Shown here piece after piece: positions 12,958 to 25,990 of a stretch of 64,000 nt of DNA. Origin of the DNA: Felis catus. Taxonomy: Eukaryota. The stretch covers positions 139,998,001-140,062,000 of the forward strand of contig NC_058368.1 in the NCBI RefSeq assembly GCF_018350175.1, written 5' to 3'. Below the pieces are notes generated by a model. It did not search any database. It had not been told where the DNA came from and saw only the letters and a program-made list of their open reading frames with translations. Each line of letters begins with the position of its first letter. The stretch's first letter is position 1. Position numbers and translations under genes: made by a program.

Positions 12958-13604
12958 GAAATTTTAGTCCTATGTCTTACTGATGAGCAAAAATGATTGC
13001 AGATAATCCCAACACTTCAAATGATTATCAATAACTTGAGCTAAGCATGACCCTGCTTCAAAATGTGTCCTTGGAATTCTGCTTTCAGCCTCACTTTGGG
13101 CTTTTGCCCTTCCATATCATATTACAATCATGAAAGAACACGAATTCCTTTATATTAAAGGACTCTTGAATGTTTCTGGATTCTCTAATGATGTTGAATG
13201 TTTTTACCCCAAAATTTGACCATAAAACAAGGCAAAGTTTTCTTCTATTTTTTTTCTTTGCTTCCACCCAGGAGCTACTGGTAGTGATCATATGAGAACA
13301 AAGGCTCTTGGTGTATAAAAACCCTCAAATGCCAAGCTTCTGGCTGCTCGTCCTCTGCTGGAGTCCTTGTCCTTATCCTCTGGGGCAAATCATGTAGTAA
13401 TTAATCAGTTTGATTAATACATGCATTAAGAAATGAGTACCCATGTTGCCAAATAAACTGGAAAAAGAAATAGCAGCTCCTTTGCTGGCTGTAGTGTTAT
13501 ATTGCTTGGGATAGAATTTTAAGTGCAAATGCAGATGGCTCTTAAAACAATATAAAGAGCATTTAGATCCTTGATCTGAGGCTGCAGATAAATTTTGAGG
13601 CAGA

Positions 13605-13807
13605 GGGGGAGTCTGGGTGGCCCAGTCCATTAAGCATCAGACTCTTGATTTCAGCTCAGGTCACGATCTCACAGTTCGTGAATTCTAGCCCTGCATTGGG
13701 CTCTTTGCTGACATTGCAGAACCTGCTTGGGATTCTGTCTCTCATCTCTCTTTCTGCCCTTCCTCACTCTCTCTCTCTCTCTCTCTCAAAAATAAATGAA
13801 TTAAAAA
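13605..13807 (+). mobile_element. Can-SINE
   Basis: Head, (CT)n and AATAAA tail; flanking repeat ttttgaggcaga. Confidence 0.94.
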
Positions 13808-14028
13808 ATTTTTTGAGGCAGAGTATCGAAGAGTGGTCTCCAGACAGCCAATCCGATTTGTCTCCAGTCTCCCAGCTGACATTCTAAGGTGGCTCTCTAC
13901 CTCATTCAGTAAGCTCAGAGTTCTTCACAGCATCCTGGAAAAAGGTGACTGCATGCCTTTCTGTGTTATTTCATTTCTTAAAAATGTTTTGAAAGCTATA
14001 AAGCTCTCTAATATATTATTATGCCATA

Positions 14029-14463
14029 TGTAGTAGGTTGAATAGTGTCCCACAAATTCACATCCATCTGGGACCTCACCTTGTGATCTTACTTGGAATT
14101 AGAATTTTCACAGATGTAATTAGTTAAAATGAGGTCATAGTGGATTAGGGTGTGTCCTAAATCCAGTGACTGATGTTCTTATAAGAGGACACTCATATAC
14201 AGGGGCAAACAAGAAAGAAGGCTATATAAGGCCTTGGAGTGATGCAGCCTTAACCCAAGGAATGCCAAGGATTGCTGACCACCACCAGATGCTAGAAAAG
14301 AGGAGGGAACAAATTCTCCCTTGGAGCATCCAGAAGAAACCAATCCTGCTGACACATTGATTTCAGACTTCCAGCCTCTAGAACTGGGCGAGAATAAATT
14401 TCCATTGTTTTAAGCCACCCAGTTTCTGATAACTTGTTAAGGCAGTCCTAGGAAACTAATATA
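14029..14463 (+). mobile_element. MaLR solo LTR, MLT1C-like
   Basis: tgtagtaggttgaatagtgtccc..ggattagggtg..ccaaggaatgccaagg..aataaatttccattgttttaagccacccag..ggaaactaata. Confidence 0.9.
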
Positions 14464-14754
14464 CTATCCTTCAACCACTTTAAGGATGATACCACCTTGT
14501 ATACTAGAAAATATATGAAGAAAAACAAACAAAAGTTGTACATGATACCCCGTGAGTGCTCAAAGGGTTTTTGTGTCTGTCTGATTTGGCTGATCATGTG
14601 TCTATTTGACCAGCTCACTTTCTTTGGTTAGGATAGGCACATGTGGCTCTGGAAGAGATACTGGGGTCATACTTGGCTTCAGAGGAAATAGTCACATATG
14701 GACATATATGGTAAGAATCTGCTTTAGTTGCAGGTAACCTAAAAATCAAATCCA

Positions 14755-14960
14755 GGGGCGCCTGGGTGGCGCAGTCGGTTAAGCGTCCGACTTCACCCAG
14801 GTCACGATCTCGCGGTCTGTGGGTTCGAGCCCCGCGTCGGGCTCTGGGCTGATGGCTCAGAGCCTGGAGCCTGTTTCCGATTCTGTGTCTCCCTCTCTCT
14901 CTGCCCCTCCCCCGTTCATGCTCTGTCTCTCTCTGTCCCAAAAATAAATAAACGTTGAAA
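14755..14960 (+). mobile_element. Can-SINE, young SINEC_Fc-like
   Basis: CpG-intact body; TSD aaaaatcaaatcca at 14741-14754 and 14961-14974. Confidence 0.97.
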
Positions 14961-15156
14961 AAAAATCAAATCCAAATGAGATTTAAAAGATATCATAATG
15001 TCTACATCTGTCAGATTTCTTTCCCTTTTTCTGTTGGCTTCATTCTCTCCTCCTACAGATGGCTTCTCCATGGAAGCTTCTTTCCAGGGAGTGACAGGGA
15101 ACACGGATGCAAGCAAATTCAGTTTATTTTGTCCTCACAGACACATTTTGCCGTGA

Positions 15157-15354
15157 TGGTGATTCTTAACTGGGGTTCATTTTCCACTGCCAAGGGTTTT
15201 TGGCAATGTCTGGAAATATTTTTGCTTGTCACAATTGGGACTCATTACTGGAAATGCTAATATACATCCTAAAATGCATAGGACGGACCCCCCCCCCAAC
15301 AACAAATAATTACCTATACTAAAAAGTTAACAGGGATGATATTGAAAAACCTTG
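15157..15354 (+). mobile_element. hAT-Charlie MITE, MER20-like
   Basis: tttggcaatgtctggaaatatttttgcttgtcacaattggg..catcctaaaatgcataggac..ttgaaaaaccttg. Confidence 0.85.
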
Positions 15355-16390
15355 TCATAGGTTATCTTTCCTGAAAGCACTGGTGGAGATGTTTGTAGGT
15401 GATTCTGATTGGCCCAGTTTTAGCCATGTGTCCACCTTGAGCTAATCAGAGTAGCCACAGTAACAACCCCTGGCTATACCACTGATAAGGTGCAGGGTCA
15501 TATGTCCAACCCCATTTATACTACATAGAAGAGGGTGATCCCCAAGGGGAGAATAGATGCACATGACAAATTTGGTTTAAGGAGACAGGAGGAGAAGCGC
15601 TGACTCTTGACTGTTCAATAGTACTTAAAAGAAGGCGGATGATCTTGATCAGGACACATCTCCCAAGCAGCACATCAGGGCTTTATTATTCCTTCAACAG
15701 ATGCTTACAGAAGGTCCAGTCTGTGTGGCCTCTGTGCCAAGTGCGGGGCCCACAGTGGTGAGCTTCAATGTCAATAGTACTCCACTATGGTGACCCTTGC
15801 AGATAATGGAGGAGGTAGGTATAAATAAACACCCACATAAAAGTGAAGTAAGTGGCAAGAAGGCAAAGTGCCCTGAAAGAGAGCAATGGGAATGACTTAT
15901 CTTGGGTAGATGGGATGCTTGCTGTCTGGCGTTTGTGAGAGCAAAGACGATAACTTTGTGTTTGTGCAGAAATGTCAGCTGGTGGTTGCTGGTATGGACC
16001 AGGGTTAGCTCTAAGCTAGACAGATCCTCTTCAAACCATCATATGTTTTGAAAGGTGGTTCATTTTTTGTTTCTTTAAACTGGTTCTGCATGAGCCAGGA
16101 AAGAAAAGAGATGAAGCAAACTATCTCAATTTTTCCGATTTAGGAGAAGCTTGAAGGAAGACAGAACATTAAAAGTACATTGAGGAGGCCTAACCTAAGA
16201 ACTACTAGCATGGGCCTATAACACCGTCTCTGAGCCTTGTTCCTGCATGGACAGCCTTGTCCCTGTTCCTTCCCATCCCTTAGGAGGACCATTGCTGGAA
16301 AAGGCTGGATTTAAGTGTGTGATGCTCTTTGCTTCAGCCAGAGAATGCCAATGTTAGTTGGGGATGAGTCAGAAAGGGAATGTGACTTTT

Positions 16391-16612
16391 TATTTATTTA
16401 TTTTTCTAAATATTTATTCTTGAAAGAGAGAGAGAGAGAGAGAGCACGCTAGTGGGGGAGGGTCAGAGAGAGGGAGATACAGAATCGAAAGCAGGCTTCA
16501 GGCTCCGAGCTGTCAGCACCAGAGCCTAATGTGGGGCTTGGACCCACGAACCATGAGATCATCACCTGAGCTGAAGTTGGACACTTAACCTACTGAGCCA
16601 CCCAGGTACCCC
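16391..16612 (-). mobile_element. Can-SINE
   Basis: Full body ending cccaggtacccc; flanks gaa(tg/ca)tgacttttt. Confidence 0.95.
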
Positions 16613-16624
16613 AGAACATGACTT

Positions 16625-17052
16625 TTTAAAAAATAATAGCTTTATAAAGGTCTTGGCAGATACCATAGTATTCACCCATTTAAATTTTATAACTCAATGG
16701 TTTTTAGTATATTCATAGGTGTATGTAAGTTGACTGTAAGTTAATTTTAGAGAATTTTCATCACCTCCAAAAGATTGCCCATCACGACATGTTCCCTTTT
16801 CTAGCACTAGGCAACCTCCAGTCTACTTTCTGTTCCTATAGATTTGCCTGTTCTGGACATTCCATGTAGATGGAATTATACAATATGTGGCCCTTTGCGT
16901 CTGGCTTCTTTTACTTAGCATGTTTTCAAGGTTCATCCACCTTGTAGCATGTGTCAGTACCTCATTCATTTTTATGGCTGAAATATATTTCATTGTATGA
17001 ACGTTCCACATTTTATCCATTCATCTTTTGACAGACATTTGGGTTGTTTCCA
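16625..17052 (-). mobile_element. Old L1 3' end (L1MB-like)
   Basis: ORF 16823-17020 (MDKMWNVHTMKYISAIKMNEVL..WMNLENMLS); ctatagatttgcctgttctggacatt. Confidence 0.88.
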
Positions 17053-17559
17053 GCAGTGATTTTTATTAATTAATTGTATGTGTCAGATGAGCAAAGGAAG
17101 TGGTAAGTCCAGATCTGTCCCTTAGTTTTGTTACTTGTGAGCCACACTGGCTGCAGGGTTGGAGAGAGAAATCTCCCCTGACTGCTGACTCAGGGCTTAT
17201 TAGTACATTTCGGTCATTAGTGATTTTCCTTCCTCTCCTATCATGGACATCTGGATTTAGTTATGCCAACCACTAAGCCCTTTCCACAATTCTCTCGGTT
17301 TCTGTTTTGTCCTCACCTCTAACACTGTGGATTTATCATTGCTGGTGGTTTTGGCTTTATGAGCCGCTGACATACTTCTTTAAATGCTAGATAACCACTC
17401 CAGCAGTGCAGAGGTTTTCAGTACATTCTTGTATAATAAACTCCTACAAAGATGCCTCATTTTGTACTTAAAAGCTCTTTGACATTCAACAATGTCATTT
17501 AGTGTTAAGGATTCCTATAGGCATAATGTTTTTATAATTTGCAAAAACACACTGACATA

Positions 17560-17695
17560 TCCCATCTGATTTTAATTCCTGTACTGAGAGGTAAGATGGT
17601 GGCCGTTACTGTTCTCATTTGGCACGGAAATGGAGGCTTGGAAGCCTGAGGCAGCCACAGCTTTGGCTCCAGAATCAAGTTTCCTGACCAACCCT
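17560..17695 (-). mobile_element. MIR relic
   Basis: gaggtaag..tactgttctcattt..gaaatggaggct..agtttcctgac. Confidence 0.5.
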
Positions 17696-18599
17696 CTCTT
17701 GCTCTTTTCTGAGGTCCCACAAGGGTTTCCACAGCGCAGTGCTAACCACAGCAAAATGTAGCAGAATTGGTCTGTGAATGACAAGCTGTCTGGTCCTGAC
17801 CACTCTCCCTGTTACCTCAGCAGGAATCTTAAGAATTATCCTTCTTATCTGGAGGTAGCAGTGACATCTGTGTTCCTGCTTGCCTTTGCTGTGGTACCAC
17901 AGATGTAGTTACGTCACTTAGTTTAAACAGGAGGGCGGTGAGGGGATCGGCATGGTCTTGTTGACTAGCTAATTACAGTGGTTGAGCACATGCTCTTATT
18001 TCTGTCGACGCACTGTGGGAGTGTGAGGACTGGAAAATGGTATGTCTGCAGGAGAGACAACAAGTGGGCTACAGGCAGAGGAGGGAGAGTTGCTCTTGGC
18101 GGTGTTTTGTTTGTTTAACATTATTGTGAGGGGTAAATGGTTTCTGATTTCAGTATGTTCCCATTAAATTGCTGCTGGAACACTAGGAGAGCATGCATAG
18201 CATGAATACATGTTTTGACCTTAAGTTTTAGTTTCTTTTTCCCCTCTAAGCCCAAGCTACTGTTAAATAATATTCTAGGAATTTCTCAGTGCTGTCTTGT
18301 CCATGAATCGTTGTTAATTGTTTTTCTTGTGAAGGGAGGCAAAGTTGGGAATAACCAATGTTGCCTTCTTGGTGATATCACTCTCCTAAATATGTAAATT
18401 AATATGTCTCTTATCTCTTTCATTTATCCTTCTCAACATCCCACAAAGCAAGTGGTAAAATTGTACCTATTCCCCCCTCTGCCTCACAAAAGACATAAAA
18501 TCACAGAGAAAAATATCACCACCACCACCACCAAGCAACCAGAATACCAAGGAGTCTGGATGAGCATCCAGAAAAACAAGAATTGCCTCTGTTTGATCT

Positions 18600-18740
18600 A
18601 AGTGTATTCTGCCTGGGAAATTCCACAGCAGTAGGATTATGCCCTGTTGTTTGTTGCTACATCCTAAGACAGGGCCTGCCTAGCATGATGACTCTCATAG
18701 ACCAGGCACTCTGTAAATGTTTGTGGAATGAATGAATCAG
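18600..18740 (+). mobile_element. L2 3' end relic
   Basis: aggcactc..taaatgtttgtggaatgaatgaat. Confidence 0.6.
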
Positions 18741-18813
18741 TGACATAGTAAGCTCAACAAATGTTTGATTGATTCCATCTTCTTTTCTCATGTTTAAAGT
18801 AGTTTCATCTCCT

Positions 18814-18962
18814 GGTGCACTTGGGTTGCTCAGTTGGTTAAGGGTCCTACTCTTGGTTTTGGCTTACGTCATGATCTCACGGTCATGATATCAAGTCCCA
18901 CATCAGGTTCTGCATTGAGAGTGAAGCCTGCTTAAGATTCTGTCTCTCTGCCCCTCCCATGA

Positions 18963-19007
<45 letters not shown>

Positions 19008-19027
19008 ATAAATAAATAATTTTTTTT
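18814..19027 (+). mobile_element. Can-SINE with long (CT)n
   Basis: TSD aaagtagtttcatctcct at 18796-18813 and 19028-19045. Confidence 0.95.
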
Positions 19028-20339
19028 AAAGTAGTTTCATCTCCTTATGGAAATAGAAAAAGAACATATCCCTTGACCGTGAGAAATATAAAAAAATACG
19101 AAACTACTAGAGCAAGTGTAATCGTAATGTGGGATATGAGCAGCTGTGACCTCATTTTTGTTTTTCCCTCATATCATTTCTTTAGAATTTATTCAGTAGG
19201 GTGGTCTCTAGATGAAAACTCTGGAAGACCCCAATTTTTTTTCTTCTCACCTCTAAGTAATAGTGAAGTAGAAGAAAGCAAACAAGCAGAAATAGGAATT
19301 TGTCTTAAAGTTTTGCATAGAAAACTTCTGCATAATTATTTCAGAATAAAGCCAATGTAATGTACTTCATCTAAATAGGTTTTGAGCTATATTCTGAGAC
19401 TGTATTGTCCAAGCCAGGTGGGTTGGAGTAATTCTGAAGTTGCCATATTCTTTCCCATGCAAGAGGAGAGTACATTTGATTTAGGATATCGTGGAAACTA
19501 TTGAGGGCAAGAATCAAAGAATGGCTTTGATCCATGGTGTAGTCATTCCAGACCAGGTTTTCTATGAGGCATGCTGGACCAGAAATGGATCAGTCAGGGA
19601 CAAAGAAGTCAGGGGCTTGGGCCCAGGCCAGTTATCTCTCCCAGTAGGGCTTCCCAAATGATAGTGTCCTAAGGAGCAGAGTAAAAGTGGGTTTGGTCAG
19701 TGTTTAAGCCCCTAGGATGTGATCCAGTGAGTAATATGTAAATCAGAAGTCTCCAGAAATTGGCTATACGTGAAATTAGGTAAGTAACAGAATCATGCTT
19801 CTGGATAATCTGTTGAATTTGGCGGAAAGTATCTAACCCACACTGAGTGGTATAAATTGGAGCGAGTTAAGGCTGTGGTTCCCAGGCAGGTTGAGCTCAT
19901 TAAGGGCTTTAAGTCCAGGTGCTGGAAAGTGGGAGATAACTAGAAAGCCTTGGAAGGATTAAGGATTAGGAAGACATGGGTGCAGTGTGGGGGTAAAGGG
20001 GGGCTGTAATTCTAAAGGCCTGTGGAAGCCCTAAGTTCACTACATGTACACTGTATGTAGAATGGCAAGATTGATTCCAGACCCCATCTTCAGATGGGAA
20101 TGATACCCCTGAACTTTCTGGGGACTTCCAAGGCTTCAGAATTGCAGGTAGGATGTGTTGAAACATAGTTGGAGGGGATCAGGACTGGTGACCCATCCCT
20201 TGGCCCTGTATTTTAGAAGCAGACCTCTTAGAAATGCCAACTCTGAGCTGAACATGTGCAACAGACTTCTCAAAAATCTAGGGTATTTGAATGGGTCTTG
20301 TAGCCTACATACCCCTGAAATACAAAACACAGAAGAAAT

Positions 20340-21025
20340 CTTACTGTTGCAATAAAGACCTATAGCATCTTTTGATGAGATGACCTTTGGTGGGCTCCTA
20401 GGTAGCATCGGGATGGGTGCTGGTGACCAGAAAGACCAAGCCATGCCTGGAACTTTCAACCCGATCCCCGGAGAAGGGAGAGGGACAAAATATTGAGTTA
20501 ATCGTTATGTGATGAAGCCTCTACAAAACTTCCTAAAGTACAGGGTTCAGAGAGCTTCCAGGATGGTGAACACTAGGAGGTACTGGGAGGAAATGCCCAG
20601 AGAGGGTATGGAACCTCCACACTCCTTCCCCACACCTTTCCCTATACATCTTTTGTACCTGGACTTTCCTGAGTTACGACCTTTGTATGAAATCATTAAT
20701 GGTAAGTAACGGTGTTTTCTGGAGTTCTGTGAGCTGTTCAAATTATTGAACTCTTGGATGGGGTCATGGGACTTATAGCCAATTGGTCAGAAGTATAGGA
20801 GGCCCAGTTTTCCAACTGTCATCTGAAATGGGAGGGCAGTCTTGTGTGGGAATGAGTCTTTGACTTGTAGAGTCCATACTAATTCCAAGTAGTTAGTATG
20901 AGAATAAATTAAATTATAGGACGATTAATTGGTATTTGCAGAAAATTAGAGAATTTCTTGGTGTAGAAAAGCTACACATTTGGTGTCAGAAGTGTTGTGA
21001 GTAGAGAAACAAACAGGTTTTTCTT
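20340..21025 (+). mobile_element. ERV LTR, MER21C-like
   Basis: ggtgaccagaaagaccaagccatg..gggttcagagagcttcc..gagttctgtgagc..atagccaattggtcagaagt..cacatttggtgtcagaagtgttgtgagtagag. Confidence 0.82.
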
Positions 21026-23068
21026 AACCTTCCAATGAAATTATTTGCTGTTTAATCCTTGTCTCAGTATCTACTTAAAAGAAATTAAGGTTGAGATAGA
21101 TTTTAAAAAAAGAAAACAGCAGACTCTTTTTTAAAGATATTCCCTACCCTCAACACACACAAAATAGAAAATTAAAACAAAAATAGAGAATTTAGCGCCT
21201 GAAATGTAGCATGAGTATCTGATAGGCGTACAAGACATTTTTATCTGTTCTGTCTGTATATAGCCTCTGAAATGTAAAGGAGCATAGCCAGAGTGAAATA
21301 TACTTGGAATGCTATCAAAAGAGGAAAGAGAAGAGAAATACATTAAAGGTAGTTGCTACAGAGCTGGCACTGAATCAGGTACTCTTCACATAAACTAATC
21401 TCATTGAAACCTCATATCCTTGGGAAGTAGATACTACTGCCTTTTCAACTGAAGACACTACTGTACCATAAGGCCAAGGAAGGGAGTGATTGTATCTTCC
21501 TTGCCATTGTAAATAGTTCTTATTACAGAGCCTGGGACATAATTAAAACCCAAAGAATATTTATTTAATGAATGAACAAGTGATTTTGAAGTAGCTTGTG
21601 CAGGATCACAGAGCAAGCAAGTTGCCAAATTTATATTCTCGCAGTTTCATTCAACAAAACTTTAGAAGTGGTGAGATCCCATCTAGATATGAGAGTTATT
21701 TGTAGAGAGAGTGACTTTAATAGTTATTTATAGAGCTGGGATTGTATCATGTCATGCTACTCAAGGAACAGTAACCTTCTATGGATTGCCTCAAACAACA
21801 CTATAAAACTTTAACAAATACAGTAAGCCTGAACGAATTTCTTCTTGAGGTCTCAAGAAATAAAAGCTAGGACTCTATACTCTTTTCCGTAGGTTTAATG
21901 ATATTTATAGGCAATTGAACAGAGTGTTAGTAGCATATTTATTGCCATTTCAGTGACAAACAATTTGCTGTGACTTTTTAATTAAGCAAATGTTACATCT
22001 TGATGAAAGATGTAGGCTCTAGGAAGAAAAAAAGGCTGAGTTGGAGAAATAAGAGGAGAAACTTGCTCATCACAAAGAATTTCTGGCATAGACATCCCTC
22101 ATGCCATTTGGTATATGAGGAAGTGTAGGCTGCTCATTCTGAGTGGCTTTTCTCTATTCATCACATAACACTCATTCTTTTGCGATTAACCCAAATTAAA
22201 AGAACTGGCTCTTGAATGATAGAATTTGGGGTGCTCATGCTGGGTGGGAGGAATGATAGATGATACAAGAGGAGGCAGAGATCAGAAAACAGAGGGAAAA
22301 ATGGGTTACTCAAGAGAGTGGACACTGCAGGGAAAGGACAGGCACAGCTCCCAAATCCATTGTAACTGACACATTTGTAACTGGAAACCAAACTCACTTC
22401 TACTATGAATGTGTACAGTTCACAAGGCAGTGGGTGTTAGAAGCAAACTTTGAGGTCTGATAGTCATTTCATAATGGGCTTACTTTGCCTGCTTGATACC
22501 AGGGAAGTGTAAAATATGCCAGCAGAATCCATAATTTCTTGATTTGGTAATTTGTTTCTCTCCTATCCAGCTGGGATCTCATCAACTCCAAAGCTTTGCT
22601 GAATGGTACCGTAAGGGAGAATGTAAACTTGTGAGCCTAAGGCTTATCATGGAATACTCTGTTTTGGGTTGGTTCATTCATTTTGCTCAACATAAAGAAA
22701 ACAGTAACAGTTAGGGGATGGGCTGCATGATGGCCCACATTGTCTGAGGGCAAAGCGGGCTCAACTGGGGAGAAAAAAATATGCACTTTGGTTGCTCTTC
22801 TGGCCCCTCCACCATCAGTGTGATTCAGATTTTCTGTTTCTGCTCTGTATAATGTTCCTCCACCTTATGCTTTTGCTTACTGGTTTGCTTCTTCTGCTTT
22901 GTGATGAGAACCAAAACCATTCACAGAGCTGACTGTCTCCATAAGCATAACTTTACTATTTCAGGAGACTCTCCCCAGGAAGATAAAAGTTGTAAATAAC
23001 TTTATTGTTCATTCCAGTAACTTCCTGAAAGGCCCATCAACTCTTCAATAGAATGTATCAAAAACCAG

Positions 23069-24713
23069 TTTGTGTGCATTTCTTAACTGGATTTTTTGTT
23101 TTTTGGGTGTTGAGTTTGATATGTTCTTTATAGACTTTGGATACTAACACTTTATCCGATATGTCATTTGCAAATAATTCTCCCATTCCAAAGGTTGCCT
23201 TTTAGTTTTGTTGACTGTTTCCTTCACTGTGTAGAAGATTTTTATCTTGATGAAATAACAAGAGGTCATTTTTGCTTTCGTTTACATTGCTTCCAGAGAC
23301 GTGTCTGGTAAGAAGTTGCTATGGCCAGTGTCAAAGAGGTTGCTGCCTGTTTACTCCTCTAGGATTTTGATAGTTTCCTGTCTCACATTTAGGTCTTTCA
23401 TCCATTTTGAATTTATTTTTGTGTGTGGTATAAGAAAGTGGTCCAGTTTCATTCATCTGCATTTTGCTGTCCAATTTTTCCCACACCATTTGTTGAAGAG
23501 ACTGTCTTTTTTTCCACTGGGTATTCTTTCGTGCTTTGTCGAAGATTAGTTGACAATATAGTTGTGGGTCCATTTTTGGGTTTTCTATTTTGTTGCATTC
23601 ATCTATGTGTTTTTGTGCCAGTACCTTACTAGCTTGATGAATACAGCTTTGAAATATAGCTTGAAGTGTGAAATTGTGATGCCTCCACTTTTGCTTTTCT
23701 TTTTTTAAGATTGCTTTGGCTATTTGGGGTCCTTTTGTGATTCCATATAAATTTTGGGATTGTTTGTTCTAGCTCTGTGAAAAATGCTGGTGGTATTTTG
23801 ATAAGGATTGCATTAAATCTGTAGGTTGCTTTGGGTAGTATAGACATTTTCAACAGGATTTGTTTGTCCAATCCATGAGCATGGGATGTTTTTACAAAGA
23901 AGACATACAGATGGCTAACAGACATGTGAAAAGATGTTCAGCATCACTTACCACCAGGAAAATACAAATCAAAAACTACAATGAGATACCATCTTACACT
24001 TGTCAGAACGGCTAAAACTAATAACACAGAAAACAACAGATGTTGGTGAGGATGTAGAGAAAGGGGAGCCCTCTTGCACTGTTGGTGAGAATGCAAACTG
24101 GTACAGACCATCTAGAAAACAATCTGGAGTTTCCTCAAAAACCTAAAAATAGAACTACCCTATGACCCAGGAATTGCACTATTAGGTATTTACCTAACGG
24201 ATACAAAAATACAGATTCGAAGGGATACAGGCACCTGATGTTTATATCAGCATTATCAACAATGACCAAAGCAAGGAAAGAGCCCAAATGCCCATCATCT
24301 GATAAATGGATAAAGATAAAAGGATAAATATTACTCAGCCACAACAAAGAATAAAATCTTTCCATTTGCAGTGACATGTACAGAGCTAGAATATATTGAG
24401 CTAAGCAAAATAAGTCAGTCAGAAAAAGACAAATACCATATGGAATTTAATAAATGAAGCAGATGAACACGGTGGAAAAAAGAGCAGGCAAACCATAAAA
24501 CAGACTTTTAACTATAGAGAACAAGCAGCATTGCTAGAGGGGAGATAGGCAGGAGAAGGATTAAATGGGTTATGGAGATTAAGGAGCACACTTGTTGTGA
24601 TGAGCACTGGTGTTATATGTAAGTGATGAATCATTAAATTCTACTCCTGAAACTAATATTACACTTTATGTTAACTAACTGGAATTTAAATAAAAACTTG
24701 AAACAGGAAAAAA
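23069..24713 (+). mobile_element. 5'-inverted (twin-primed) carnivore L1
   Basis: Antisense ORF2 23069-23893, then sense ORF2 end and 3'UTR to AATAAA (24689) and A tail; TSD aaaaaccag at 23060-23068 and 24714-24722. Confidence 0.92.
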
Positions 24714-24856
24714 AAAAACCAGAGGGACCCAAGACTCTTAGAACCCTTCCCCTCAAAATTCTCACCTAGTCATGTACACCACTCCTAAATTATTATATCG
24801 TAGTCCTGACTGACCCCTGAATTACGCCTCTCCCACTGATTAAAAGGACCCATCTT

Positions 24857-25082
24857 TTTTTTTTTTAATTTTTTTTCAACGTTTTTTATTTATTTTTGGG
24901 ACAGAGAGAGACAGAGCATGAATGGGGGAGGGGCAGAGAGAGAGGGAGACACAGAATCGGAAACAGGCTCCAGGCTCTGAGCCATCAGCCCAGAGCCCGA
25001 CGCGGGGCTCGAACCCACGGACCGCGAGATCGTGACCTGGCTGAAGTCGGACGCTTAACCGATTGCACCACCCAGGCGCCCC
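24857..25082 (-). mobile_element. Can-SINE, young SINEC_Fc-like
   Basis: TSD taaaaggacccatctt at 24841-24856 and 25083-25098. Confidence 0.97.
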
Positions 25083-25794
25083 TAAAAGGACCCATCTTAA
25101 ACTTAAAAATTTCAATCAACATCTTGACTTTGCTGTTCCCTTTTTATGACGCTACTAAAACTGTTGAGGTGATGTTCTCTCTCACTCAGTAGATAAGCCA
25201 AGTAGGTAAACAATAAACTCGTATTTCTCTTATTAGCAGGTCGTTTTGGTGATGTTTTGGGGAGCCCAATATTAACTGTCATCCATGTTGGACAGAGCTG
25301 ACATATAAGGCCTCTTTATGGACTGATGGTCAGTTCAGGGATTTATTGCCTTTTGGTCAGGTCCCTCCCCCGGTCCAAAACACAAAGTCAGATAGTAAAA
25401 TATGTGGTATAGCACATGGCCACACAAGTTTAAGGAATCAACTACAGCGACTTAAGCAAAAATCTCTGGGCAGGAACTCTTTAGAAGAGGGTTGTGGACA
25501 TAGCAAGCATTCTCAGAGTGGACTCTGGTAGAGCTATAGAAGAAGAGAGTGGAGAACAAGGATGTAGTACTAACATCAGAGTTTAAAGATTGGGCCCACT
25601 TTTATCTGTTAGAAGCAATGGATACAACCAGCAAAGACCAGAAGGTGTCAGATGTTTGAGCTTCCTCCAGCATTTTATTTCAGCGACTCATGGTATCTAC
25701 CAAGCTTGTCCCAAGGATTGTTGTGAGGATTCAGTAAGATAGTATACAGGAGGTTATTTTTTTAAATGTGTAAATAAAATAATATCAGGTACCA

Positions 25795-25990
25795 TTCTTT
25801 ATTTATCCACTCATTTATGAAATAGTCATCCAGTATTTACTGTATGTCAGAAATTGTGGTAGGCTTCGGGCACACAAACACAAATGAGTCTTCTATCCCT
25901 TCAGAAAGCTCATGGTCTAGAGGAAGAAATGGATGTAAAGACAAATCATTGAAAAATTGCATGTATGTCATGATAAAGGAATCTATAAAG
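25795..25990 (-). mobile_element. L2 3' relic
   Basis: attctttatttatccactcattt..tatttactgtatgtcag..aagctcatggtctagagg. Confidence 0.6.

Larger units (their letters stand above)
22905..25277 (+). mobile_element. ERV1-class LTR (MER90/MER110-like; name uncertain), split by an L1 and a SINE
   Basis: 3' part gacgctactaa..gttctctctcact..caataaactc..caggtcgttttggtgatgttttggggagcc; 5' part 22905-23068. Confidence 0.55.

Noticed and set aside
14615..14941. Recurring ORFs such as MGQRETEHERGRGRERGRHRIGNRLQALSHQP (also 24896 and 31179)
   Set aside because: Translations of near-identical Can-SINEs, not a paralogous gene family.
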